DNA of 40,341 nucleotides from a virus (Duplodnaviria; Heunggongvirae; Uroviricota; Caudoviricetes): IMG/VR virus record IMGVR_UViG_2619619135_000001, positions 1 to 40,341 of that record; one strand, 5' to 3'. Shown piece by piece: positions 28,606 to 36,734 of this stretch (position 1 is its first letter; each line of letters starts with the position of its first letter). The notes under the pieces were generated by a model. It saw only the letters and a program-made list of their open reading frames with translations, ran no database searches and was not told where the DNA came from. The position numbers and the translations under genes were made by a program.

Positions 28606-28964
28606 ATATTGAGCATAAAACAAACACCTTCAATAAAACCAAGTGCGGCCTGCAATTCTTTTCTGACAGTACCATCAGAATAGTTACGCCTCTTCGCAAT
28701 TGTACGGAGCGAAATCCCGATAACAAAATGTGCAATGATCAGCTCATATTCCTCTGGTTTATGCTTTCGCAGTCTAGCCACACAACCATCAATCATAATG
28801 CCTTCGTCATCATCGCACTGAAGGCGTGACTTTTTACCGTGTGGTAAAAGCCCCTTGAAGCCTGCTGCTACCGGCTGCCAGTCCACACCACTGTTGTCTG
28901 CTGCAGCCCATGCACCCCAGCGGTCCAATACTTCATACATATCACGCATCAACTTTCTCCACAA
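28602..28964 (-). CDS. Late-gene antiterminator Q (short lambdoid-prophage Q family)
   Basis: 120-aa ORF with LDRWGAWAA...W..VAAGFKGL...RLQCDDDEG...GC.ARL...SDG...GFIEG, resembling the Q-like proteins of E. coli lambdoid prophages as I recall them; last gene of the early operon. Confidence 0.6.
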   Translation of the reverse strand: MWRKLMRDMYEVLDRWGAWAAADNSGVDWQPVAAGFKGLLPHGKKSRLQCDDDEGIMIDGCVARLRKHKPEEYELIIAHFVIGISLRTIAKRRNYSDGTVRKELQAALGFIEGVCFMLNI

Positions 28965-28966
28965 AA

Positions 28967-29962
28967 TCAGGCCAGCACGCCTATTGCCAGCGCACGATCG
29001 ATAAAACGAAATATCAGCTCCAGCTGGGAGCCATACTTCTCTTCAAATGCCACGCTATCCGCATGCAGCTCGTCGTGATGCTTTCTGCACAAAGGCAACA
29101 CAAAGAGGTCATGCGCTTTTGTACCCATTCCACCCTGACCGTGACCTATCAGGTGGTGGGGATCATCAGCTGGCTTTCCACAACATGCGCACGGCTGCGT
29201 CTTAACCCAGCGCGTGTACTTTTCATTAACCCAGCGGCGACGTTTGGGGCGTAACATAAAAGACTCCGGCGACTCCGGATCCACTTTCAGCGCCAGCACC
29301 TTTTTCACTTTATCCTGGATGATGCTGGTGGCAGGAACCGAAGGCACAAGGTCACTTTCCCGGGTGACAGATGGCACAACAGGCTTCGGTAATCTCAGTG
29401 CCTTACGGGCTGCACTTTCCGGTAAGGCATCCGCCAGATCATTACGAATCAACCACCAGCACAGTTCCGGCATTGTCACAACGTGACTGTCATCAAAACC
29501 GAGATCCCGACGCACAACAGACAACACCCAGCGGGCACAGTTATCCGTTGCCATTGATTCCAGCCGTTCCGTGAACTGATCGCGCAGCTGGTTATCGCAG
29601 TGCCAGCACAGACGGATTGCGCCCGGAGCGTGTCGCATTGTGGTCATGTTCTCGCTGTGCCAGTCGGAATGAGGCCACTGGCAGCCTTTTTCACGAAGTA
29701 ACCAGCTTTCAAGACATTCCACGCCACCAGCACGACGGATCACTGCCTCATTGCGGAACACGGCCCGAACGGCAGGATCATCCGCCAGCGGTTGTGATGC
29801 CGCCGGAACGGCACCACTGGCGAAAGATGAGTAACGTTCCGGCTCAGGCTCCAGCAGGACACGCCCCTGCATAAACAGGGGCATCAGCTCTGAACCCGGC
29901 CTGAACAATACGATCCCCATACGCGGGGCAATTTCAGGGGTCAGTAGTGCTCTCACGGTCAC
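28967..29962 (-). CDS. DUF968-like phage protein with a C-terminal HNH/zinc-finger-like motif
   Basis: Seen: CACCGKPADDPHHLIGHGQGG...LCRKHHDELH near the C-terminus; family assignment tentative. Confidence 0.45.
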   Translation of the reverse strand: MTVRALLTPEIAPRMGIVLFRPGSELMPLFMQGRVLLEPEPERYSSFASGAVPAASQPLADDPAVRAVFRNEAVIRRAGGVECLESWLLREKGCQWPHSDWHSENMTTMRHAPGAIRLCWHCDNQLRDQFTERLESMATDNCARWVLSVVRRDLGFDDSHVVTMPELCWWLIRNDLADALPESAARKALRLPKPVVPSVTRESDLVPSVPATSIIQDKVKKVLALKVDPESPESFMLRPKRRRWVNEKYTRWVKTQPCACCGKPADDPHHLIGHGQGGMGTKAHDLFVLPLCRKHHDELHADSVAFEEKYGSQLELIFRFIDRALAIGVLA

Positions 29963-29963
29963 C

Positions 29964-30761
29964 TCAATGAACGGTATCGAGCAGCTTTAACAGCTCAGGG
30001 AATCGGGATTCGAAGAAATGCGGCTGCGTCTCGCGCGGATTTGCGGGACTGGTGATGTTCTTGCCGAACATGCAACCTTTCGCTGTCAGCGACCAGAATT
30101 TTTTGATGTTGTTAATCGCGGTACGGCTGTATCGTTCGCGCTGCTCGACGATCCCCAGCTTCACCATCTGGTGATATGCCTGATTAGCCGTCAGGCGTAT
30201 ACCATACTGTTTCAGCAGTGCACTCAGTGACAGTGTCGGGCGACTTGAGCCATCGTGTGCATCAGCAGGAGCATCAATGGCATAGCGCGGTGCCAGATTC
30301 GGTAAGCCAACAGCCTCCTGGAGTTTCTGACAGGCACCAAGCACTGAAGAGTTAGACAGGTTTAATTCCCGGCGCATAAAGTCCAGCAGAATCACACCAG
30401 CCTGCATCTTGTCAGCAGCCTGTCCGGATAATTTTTCCGATGCGCTGGTTACCATATCGAAAGTACGGATCACCTTCAGATGGAATGACGGGCTGATCCA
30501 CATTGCATAGGCATACACCAGTTCTTTGCAGACATACGTCCCCTGGTTATTTCCGCCACGAATAACGTTAACTGGCTCTATATTGACCGAGTTGCAAATC
30601 TGCAACTCGCTTATTAAACGTTCAGTTTGCTCATTGCGGAGCCAGAATGCAGGCTTATGCTTATCCAGAGAACCGGCAGCCCTGTGCAGATCGTTCAGGC
30701 TGTAACGCCCATAAGCATCACGACGAACTTCAATACCATCAATGACCATCAGATTATTCAT
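29964..30761 (-). CDS. KilA-N domain protein (antirepressor-like)
   Basis: The N-terminal 100 aa have a KilA-N-like pattern (YSLNDLHRAAG...KPAFWLRNEQT...GTYVCKELVYAYAMWISPSFHLKVIRTF). Confidence 0.6.
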   Translation of the reverse strand: MNNLMVIDGIEVRRDAYGRYSLNDLHRAAGSLDKHKPAFWLRNEQTERLISELQICNSVNIEPVNVIRGGNNQGTYVCKELVYAYAMWISPSFHLKVIRTFDMVTSASEKLSGQAADKMQAGVILLDFMRRELNLSNSSVLGACQKLQEAVGLPNLAPRYAIDAPADAHDGSSRPTLSLSALLKQYGIRLTANQAYHQMVKLGIVEQRERYSRTAINNIKKFWSLTAKGCMFGKNITSPANPRETQPHFFESRFPELLKLLDTVH

Positions 30762-31170
30762 ACTTCGTTTCTCCTCTTAACCGGGCGGCTGCCCCCGCCG
30801 TTTTCTCGTACTTACTGATAGTGATCTCGACCTTCCCTTCCGGGATAACCGGTCCCCACTCCACCAGCATTCTTTTCACCTGACTGTCGTCTTCCCACAC
30901 ACCCGCGTGGGTCAGGGCGTCAAACAGCGCCTTGTTATAGTTGTCCAGATCGCGGATCCGGTTATCCGGAGGAAACAACACGATCTCCACTGAAGCAGGT
31001 GCCGACGTTGGTTTTGGCAGACGACGTAACTGCTCAACTATTGCTGCACACGCCGCGCTCTGAAATTTTCGCCCCGCCGCGCTTATCAGGCTCTTACCAG
31101 CAAATGCCCCTTTGTTGGGGTGTCGCCAGTACGTGTTCACGCTGGGCGGGAAAGGAAGGATCAACTTCAT
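30754..31170 (-). CDS. rusA: RusA-family Holliday junction resolvase
   Basis: 138-aa ORF with LPFPPSVNTYWRH...RDLDNYNKALFDALTHAGVWEDDSQV, matching the RusA pattern including the catalytic Asp cluster. Confidence 0.8.
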   Translation of the reverse strand: MKLILPFPPSVNTYWRHPNKGAFAGKSLISAAGRKFQSAACAAIVEQLRRLPKPTSAPASVEIVLFPPDNRIRDLDNYNKALFDALTHAGVWEDDSQVKRMLVEWGPVIPEGKVEITISKYEKTAGAAARLRGETKYE

Positions 31171-31493
31171 ACTTTCAGGCCCCTCTCATGTAACCAGTGG
31201 GCTGCACGCAGCCTGGCGTTTTCCTCACCGGCAAGCAGTGCGCGGATAATCCCGACCGCCTCGCTGTCGTCGTCCTTCACCGCGGTATGAAGCGTTATCC
31301 CCCGGGCCACGCCACGCTTTATCGTGATGACGCCTTTTTTCTCCAGTGCGCGAAGATGCTCCACCGCTGTATTCACCGAACGATATCCCAGCATGGTTGC
31401 CACCTCCTGATTGGTTGGCGGGAAGCCACGTTCTTTCTGGTAAGAAATCAGCATATCCAGCACCTGCTGCTGGCATTGAGTTAACGTCGTCAT
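31167..31493 (-). CDS. LexA N-terminal DNA-binding-domain homologue without a peptidase domain
   Basis: Seen: LTQCQQQVLDMLISYQKERGFPPTNQEVATMLGYRSVNTAVEHLRALEKKGVITIKRGVARGITL aligns by eye with the LexA winged-helix domain; no S24 Ser-Lys domain follows. Start taken at the Met overlapping the upstream stop. Confidence 0.6.
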   Translation of the reverse strand: MTTLTQCQQQVLDMLISYQKERGFPPTNQEVATMLGYRSVNTAVEHLRALEKKGVITIKRGVARGITLHTAVKDDDSEAVGIIRALLAGEENARLRAAHWLHERGLKV

Positions 31494-31987
31494 TACGCCC
31501 CCACGTAATTCCCTGACAGATACCACTCATCACTCGATACAGCGCGCTTGCTGCTTTTCCGTAAACACTGCTCACGACGCGCCAGAAAATTGTTTCGTTC
31601 TGGCTGGGAATGGCTTTCACGGAATGCCGCCATCCACACCGTTGCAGCACGACGGTATAAGCCCCTGGACTCCAGTTCTTCAGCCTGGCGGGTCAGGCAC
31701 AAAATCACCCGGGGATCGTTAGTGCCGACATAGAAATTGCGCGCAGGTCTGGTTTCACGAACTGGTTGTGGTTCCGGCTCCTGCGCTCTCTCAGTCAGGC
31801 GCGGGAAATGTCTGCGTGTATCCCCTTCACAACGGTGAGCCACACGCCCACTCTGACGTAACTTGCTTGCTGACTGCAGAACGCGCTGCCGTGAGTAACC
31901 TGCAAAAGCATCCGCAATGTCTCCGGAAGTACAGCCCGGATGGGCTTCAATGAATTTCTGAACTTCATTCAAAAGACTCATGATCAC
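31493..31987 (-). CDS. Hypothetical early protein
   Basis: 164-aa basic ORF between the replication gene and the LexA-like gene; no family recognised. Confidence 0.4.
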   Translation of the reverse strand: MIMSLLNEVQKFIEAHPGCTSGDIADAFAGYSRQRVLQSASKLRQSGRVAHRCEGDTRRHFPRLTERAQEPEPQPVRETRPARNFYVGTNDPRVILCLTRQAEELESRGLYRRAATVWMAAFRESHSQPERNNFLARREQCLRKSSKRAVSSDEWYLSGNYVGA

Positions 31988-32940
31988 CCCCTGAATCCTG
32001 CCGGGATCTGGCTGTAGTCCACGTTGTCGTAACTGGCTTTGAAGTACGGGTCTTCGCGTTTTTCGGTGTACGTGCTGACGGACGGCGATAAGCGCAGGGA
32101 AAGCTCATCCCATTTTTCCCGCAACTTCGACGGGCTGAGCACGTTACGGCACCAGAACGGATCGCGGCTGACGCGGCTGTACATCTCGCAGATTTGTTTG
32201 TGAGTACGACCATCCTGCACACACATCAGGCGAATTTCGTTTGCCCAGGCTGTCCAGTTCGGTTCTTTGGGACGAACCACCTCGCCGTCACATTCGGCGG
32301 CATGCTCGTACAGGGCGATGATTTTTTTCCAGAGCCACTGTGCGCAGGTCAAATCATCCTGCGTCCCCCACTGGCGCTTTTTAGGACTGAATACAACCGC
32401 ATCAGGATGGCGAGTTAAAAAATCCTGTTCAGCCGTCTGCGTGTCCGGTTGCGAAGCGTCCGGACGAGAAGTTTTTTTATCTGACGGATCATGTTTTGAT
32501 TTTACTGACGGATCCCCACCAGATTCTGACGGGTGAAAACCCGCTTTTTTGCCAGATTTCGACGCATCAAATTTTGACGGGTCAGATTTTGATGCGTCAG
32601 ATTTTGATGCGTCAGATTTTGACGGGTCAGAATCTGACAGTTGAGAAAGTGCCGCAGCCTGAAGCTTTGCAACGTTAAGCTGATAGACGTTCGACGCATT
32701 GCGGTTACCCTGGCGACGCGCCTTACGCGTTAACCAGCCTTCTGCTTCCAGCCGTGCGATAGCCGTTCTGACGGTACTCATCCCCGCGCCAATCTGACGG
32801 GCAATGGTTTCAATTGATGGCCAGCACACACCTTCGTCATTACTGAAATCAGCCAGGCGGGCCATAATTGCCACGCTGGATAATTTCATACCTGACGCAG
32901 CGCAACCATCCCATACATAGCCGGTTAATTTAGTGCTCAT
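31984..32940 (-). CDS. Replication initiator with N-terminal HTH; contains the iteron array
   Basis: Seen: HTH-like N-terminus, then a low-complexity SKSDASKSDASKSDPSKFDASKSG linker encoded by the DNA repeats, then a C-terminal domain. Known: lambda O carries ori iterons internally. Confidence 0.6.
   Translation of the reverse strand: MSTKLTGYVWDGCAASGMKLSSVAIMARLADFSNDEGVCWPSIETIARQIGAGMSTVRTAIARLEAEGWLTRKARRQGNRNASNVYQLNVAKLQAAALSQLSDSDPSKSDASKSDASKSDPSKFDASKSGKKAGFHPSESGGDPSVKSKHDPSDKKTSRPDASQPDTQTAEQDFLTRHPDAVVFSPKKRQWGTQDDLTCAQWLWKKIIALYEHAAECDGEVVRPKEPNWTAWANEIRLMCVQDGRTHKQICEMYSRVSRDPFWCRNVLSPSKLREKWDELSLRLSPSVSTYTEKREDPYFKASYDNVDYSQIPAGFRG
32470..32645. repeat. Iteron array / candidate replication origin
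   Basis: Seen: at least 7 direct repeats of about 15 bp (consensus GTCAGATTTTGAYGS), including four contiguous units at 32581-32640. Confidence 0.6.
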
Positions 32941-32949
32941 GACCGACCT

Positions 32950-33288
32950 CTATTTCCCTGAATTTACGACGAAACTGTTCGAGCGGGCTGAAGCACTCAT
33001 GCTCATAGCCTTCACGGAGGTAGATAACCCGTTGTGTTTCCGGCTCCCAACGAATGACTCTGACGGGCACTCCGTAGTGATCTTTGAACCAGCGGTTAAC
33101 TTGTCGCAAAGGACTGTCTCCTTCTGCCGGTTGAAATCACCCACAGCCCACTCTGCAAAGCTGTGGGTTACAATTTCCCTGTCACCTGGTACATTCACTG
33201 CATAGCAATACTCCACCTTCGCTTTTCCACCCGGTACAGGAAGCGCAATCAGTTGCGAGCGACGGTAGTGTGTTGTTAAACTGTTCAT
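32950..33288 (-). CDS. Hypothetical early protein
   Basis: 112-aa ORF; its stop overlaps the next start. Confidence 0.4.
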   Translation of the reverse strand: MNSLTTHYRRSQLIALPVPGGKAKVEYCYAVNVPGDREIVTHSFAEWAVGDFNRQKETVLCDKLTAGSKITTECPSESFVGSRKHNGLSTSVKAMSMSASARSNSFVVNSGK

Positions 33289-33836
33289 GCGTTAGTTTCT
33301 CCACAGTCACGACACGCCACGGCGCCCGGAGCTGCACACTCGCGGGCGTCATTACTTTCTGAAATGCAAAAAATTTTGTAGACCAGTGCTGCATGCTCCT
33401 GCAGCTTCGAAATTGAGAGGTACAGCTCGTCGTTAATTGCTGTCTTCTCATGCGGTTCCACTACACCGTCTTCAATTGCTGAACGAATCTGTTTTGAATA
33501 ACTGCCGATCTGTTCAATGACCTCCAGCAGGCGTTGGTTGATATCGGCGTTGTCCACATCCTCGACGTCAGGAAGAGACACAAAGATGCCATTTGCAGAC
33601 TGCGCCACAGCGTCAGCAATGAAGTGAGTTCCACCAGCACGTTGCAAAATCATTGCCCATCCCAGCGGGAAAATCTGATCGCCATCGGCACGAAGGCGGT
33701 TAAATAATGCGTTCTCTGTTACATCCAGCCAGTCAGCTGCTTCAGCGTAACCACCCGGCAACGCTGTGATAGTTTTTCTGACAGCTTTCACGTACCACTC
33801 AGGCTGTTTTTCTACTTTCCAGTGATGCTTACCCAC
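33285..33836 (-). CDS. Early protein in the cII-equivalent position
   Basis: 183-aa ORF immediately downstream of cro; function by position only. Confidence 0.4.
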   Translation of the reverse strand: MGKHHWKVEKQPEWYVKAVRKTITALPGGYAEAADWLDVTENALFNRLRADGDQIFPLGWAMILQRAGGTHFIADAVAQSANGIFVSLPDVEDVDNADINQRLLEVIEQIGSYSKQIRSAIEDGVVEPHEKTAINDELYLSISKLQEHAALVYKIFCISESNDARECAAPGAVACRDCGETNA

Positions 33837-34089
33837 GGTTCACCTCCTGTTCCTGTGGTTTAAACCCATTCTGGTTTTGGCTAGATTGAAAACGTGCCGG
33901 ATAAAGAATCTGCATTTCGCTGACTTCACCCTTAAAAAAATTGGCTAAACGTTCTGCAAGCTCGATAGATGGAATCTGCTCCAGCCTCTCAATACGACTC
34001 AACGTCGCTGGATTGACTTGAACACCCGCAGCAACATGCTGCAAAGTGAAACCATGCGCCTTACGCACATTTCGTAATGGTGATTGCAT
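33829..34089 (-). CDS. Cro-like HTH repressor
   Basis: 86-aa ORF divergent from the CI-like gene with an HTH (GFTLQHVAAGVQVNPATLSRIERLE). Confidence 0.7.
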   Translation of the reverse strand: MQSPLRNVRKAHGFTLQHVAAGVQVNPATLSRIERLEQIPSIELAERLANFFKGEVSEMQILYPARFQSSQNQNGFKPQEQEVNRG

Positions 34090-34094
34090 ATACC

Positions 34095-34180
34095 CTCCAA
34101 ATATTGCGCGTTATGCATGTTATTTCACGCAATTATTTTGCGCAAGTTGATTTGCTTATCACGCAATAAAGAAATGTAAT
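34095..34180. promoter_or_regulatory. Divergent immunity promoter/operator region
   Basis: Seen: repeated CACGCAA/TTGCGC half-sites, including the palindrome TCACGCAATTATTTTGCGCAA at 34125-34145; AT-rich. Confidence 0.5.
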
Positions 34181-34186
34181 AAACGC

Positions 34187-34879
34187 ATGAACATAGGAAA
34201 CCGAGTCAGACAACTTCGCCAAGCGAAGAACATGAAAATCGCCGATCTCGCTGAAGCAATAGGAGTAGATGCGGCGAACATCTCGCGCTTAGAAACGGGT
34301 AAGCAAAAACAATTTACCGAACAAACACTGAGTAATATTGCCAAGAGCTTAGGTGTTGATATTGCTGATCTCTTTACCTCTGCCCTCAAAAGTAATACTG
34401 TATATAAAAACAGTAATAATGAGGATGTTGCGCAGGTGAAGGATGTGTTCCGTATTGAAATGCTGGATATCAGTGCCAGTGCGGGAAATGGCCTTATCCA
34501 GGGCGGTGATGTCATTGATGTGATTCATGCCATCGAATACAGAACTGATAATGCTGTATCAATGTTCGGCGGACGACCAGCCAATCACATCAAAGTTATC
34601 AACGTTCGTGGGGACAGTATGTGTCCAACCATTGAGCCAGGAGATCTCATCTTCGTTGATGTCAGCATCAATCAGTTTGATGGTGATGGTATATATGTCT
34701 TTGGTTTTGATGACAAAATATACGTTAAAAGACTTCAAATGATTCCTGACAAACTGCTGGTGATTTCTGATAACCAGATTTACCGTGAATGGGGAATTAC
34801 TAGCGAAAACGAACACCGATTCATGGTCTTTGGAAAGGTCTTAATCAGTCAGTCGCAAACCCTTAAGAGACATAATTAA
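34187..34879 (+). CDS. CI-like repressor (N-terminal HTH plus C-terminal S24 LexA-type peptidase domain)
   Basis: Seen: HTH (KIADLAEAIGVDAANISRLETG) and Ser/Lys dyad context (GDSMCPTIEPGD ... YVKRL). Confidence 0.85.
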   Translation: MNIGNRVRQLRQAKNMKIADLAEAIGVDAANISRLETGKQKQFTEQTLSNIAKSLGVDIADLFTSALKSNTVYKNSNNEDVAQVKDVFRIEMLDISASAGNGLIQGGDVIDVIHAIEYRTDNAVSMFGGRPANHIKVINVRGDSMCPTIEPGDLIFVDVSINQFDGDGIYVFGFDDKIYVKRLQMIPDKLLVISDNQIYREWGITSENEHRFMVFGKVLISQSQTLKRHN

Positions 34880-34898
34880 CCTCAATATCCCATCCATC

Positions 34899-34923
34899 GG
34901 CCACCGAAAGGTGGCTTTTTATT
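34899..34923 (+). terminator. Intrinsic terminator after the repressor gene
   Basis: Seen: GCCACC-GAAA-GGTGGC followed by TTTTTATT, 20 nt after the stop. Confidence 0.75.
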
Positions 34924-35225
34924 ACCCATAATTTTGCATATCACGCAAATATCACTTGCATAACTCGCAATTTAATTTTATCTTTTGTTCCAGACCAACT
35001 ACAGGATTACAACAAAATCTGGTTGCAACACGGTGCACGGTGCATGTGTCGTAAGCGGTCAGTAAATGTCAAAAACGAACAGGCAGGACGCCCACGAAGT
35101 AGCCGCCTGGGGCATATGAAGTCCAGGATGATTCGTTAGCAACAAAAAAGCGCCCTACAGGACGCTTAGCTCTTTAACAATCTGGTCCCCTTCAACAAGT
35201 AACTGATAACTTGAGGAGGTGTGAA

Positions 35226-35432
35226 ATGCACAAAACAGAACCCAAAATCGTCGCGCCTGGCTACACAGATGAGGAAATTTATGAGTGGATGACAAAGAAG
35301 CTGGCAGCTATAAACCAGCTTCGTGAATTGCGGTCTTATCGACAGGAAACAATAGGCTCCTTAAAAAAACTGGATCAGGAAATCACGGTTTTATCACAGG
35401 ATGCTACTTTAGATATTGTGCAGACAAATTAG
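35226..35432 (+). CDS. Hypothetical 68-aa protein
   Basis: Seen: GAGGAGG SD 6 nt before the ATG at 35226; no family recognised. Confidence 0.45.
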   Translation: MHKTEPKIVAPGYTDEEIYEWMTKKLAAINQLRELRSYRQETIGSLKKLDQEITVLSQDATLDIVQTN

Positions 35433-35838
35433 GATCCCATTCATTTTCGTCAAAATCATCAAAGTGATGAATTTGTGATCTCCAGTCTCGATAATCTAAA
35501 AATTTCTGGGCGGTTACGCTTATTTTATCAAGTGTGAGTTCATCCTGAATTGAAAGAAGAAGTTCATCAAATTTCATCTCATTAATCTGTTTTGGCATCC
35601 AGTGATGCTTCATCAGAATAAGGTGAACCAGAGCCTTTTTCCCATTCAACTGATTATAGGGAGTGCCGAATTTCTTCCGGTGCTCATGTAAGACAAGGTC
35701 TAGAAGAGTAAGTAATGTTGCCCTTGATTCCACTTTGCTTATTTCGACTGATGACACTACCCCACTGATTTCAATGCCCCGATACTTTCCAACATTTTCA
35801 CAGTGGGATTTGTACAGCGTATAGATATTACCGGACAT
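35404..35838 (-). CDS. Hypothetical AT-rich protein (about 144 aa)
   Basis: Start placed at the ATG at 35836-35838 (AAGGA SD 7 nt upstream) rather than the track start at 35904; convergent with the preceding gene. Confidence 0.45.
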   Translation of the reverse strand: MSGNIYTLYKSHCENVGKYRGIEISGVVSSVEISKVESRATLLTLLDLVLHEHRKKFGTPYNQLNGKKALVHLILMKHHWMPKQINEMKFDELLLSIQDELTLDKISVTAQKFLDYRDWRSQIHHFDDFDENEWDPNLSAQYLK

Positions 35839-36306
35839 TTCTTTTCCTTTTGCGTTGTTGGGGATAACCAGATTAACCGAATCCTTGTTGTTGGGGAATA
35901 ACAAGGTCCACCTCGCCTGATGTGGCTAAAAGCAGGCACATAACAGCTAAGTATTTTCAACCAGAGAGAATCCTTAGCGTTGTGGTGAATGCGGCTCAGC
36001 GCACGCGGGTTAAGGTTGAGGCTGACAGTCGACCTTCTGTGGATACCCACCCGTCTGGTGTGCAACCTTCGCCAGGCACCGGGAGGCACCCGGCACCACA
36101 ACTTTATGCTGTGTGTAGTCCTGGCTGTACCAGCTTGTACCCTTGCTTCCGGCTGGTACCGTCCTTTTTACAAAACAGAGAAGAGCATCACCGGACGACG
36201 GGCTCATAACCCAATCCATCCGGGCGGCTGCCACCGCAGGTGTTCTTCTCTGTTTTGTGGAGAAACCAACCGACCTTGCAGGGTCGATATGATGAGGAGC
36301 AGCAAA

Positions 36307-36669
36307 ATGGCTAGCGAACGCAGTACTGATGTACAGGCATTTATCGGGGAGCTGGACGGCGGCGTATTTGAAACCAAAATCGGCGCAGTTCTCAGTGAAG
36401 TCGCTTCAGGTGTGATGAACACGAAAACCAAAGGTAAGGTCTCACTCAACCTGGAAATCGAACCATTTGATGAGAACCGTGTGAAAATCAAACACAAACT
36501 CTCATATGTTCGCCCGACTAACCGCGGGAAAATTTCTGAAGAAGACACCACCGAAACGCCAATGTATGTCAATCGCGGTGGTCGCCTGACTATTCTGCAG
36601 GAGGACCAGGGACAATTACTGACTCTTGCCGGTGAACCTGACGGAAAACTACGCGCAGCAGGTCATTAA
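36307..36669 (+). CDS. YfdP-like protein (120 aa)
   Basis: Start at ATG 36307 with GAGGAG SD 7 nt upstream. The 226-aa track ORF extending from 35989 is treated as a non-coding artefact. Confidence 0.55.
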   Translation: MASERSTDVQAFIGELDGGVFETKIGAVLSEVASGVMNTKTKGKVSLNLEIEPFDENRVKIKHKLSYVRPTNRGKISEEDTTETPMYVNRGGRLTILQEDQGQLLTLAGEPDGKLRAAGH

Positions 36670-36734
36670 TATCGTTTTTAATTAACTAATTATTTATCTC
36701 ATCACTGAATATCTTTATATAGTGAGGACTTATT

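Noticed and set aside
32470-32645. Possible CRISPR array suggested by short direct repeats
   Set aside because: Repeats are only about 15 bp, contiguous with no unique spacers, in frame within a coding sequence, and no cas genes are present. They are iterons.
35404-36306. Type III toxin-antitoxin (ToxIN-like) or retron ncRNA next to the orphan gene
   Set aside because: The spacer has inverted, not tandem direct, repeats. The adjacent protein shows no ToxN-like features that I can see, and no reverse transcriptase gene is nearby.
35989-36669. 226-aa plus-strand ORF spanning the GC-rich spacer and the yfdP-like gene
   Set aside because: The first 106 codons translate to Arg/Cys-rich low-complexity sequence with no SD. 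A strong GAGGAG SD precedes the internal ATG at 36307, giving a 120-aa product, so the extension is treated as an open-frame artefact of GC-rich DNA.
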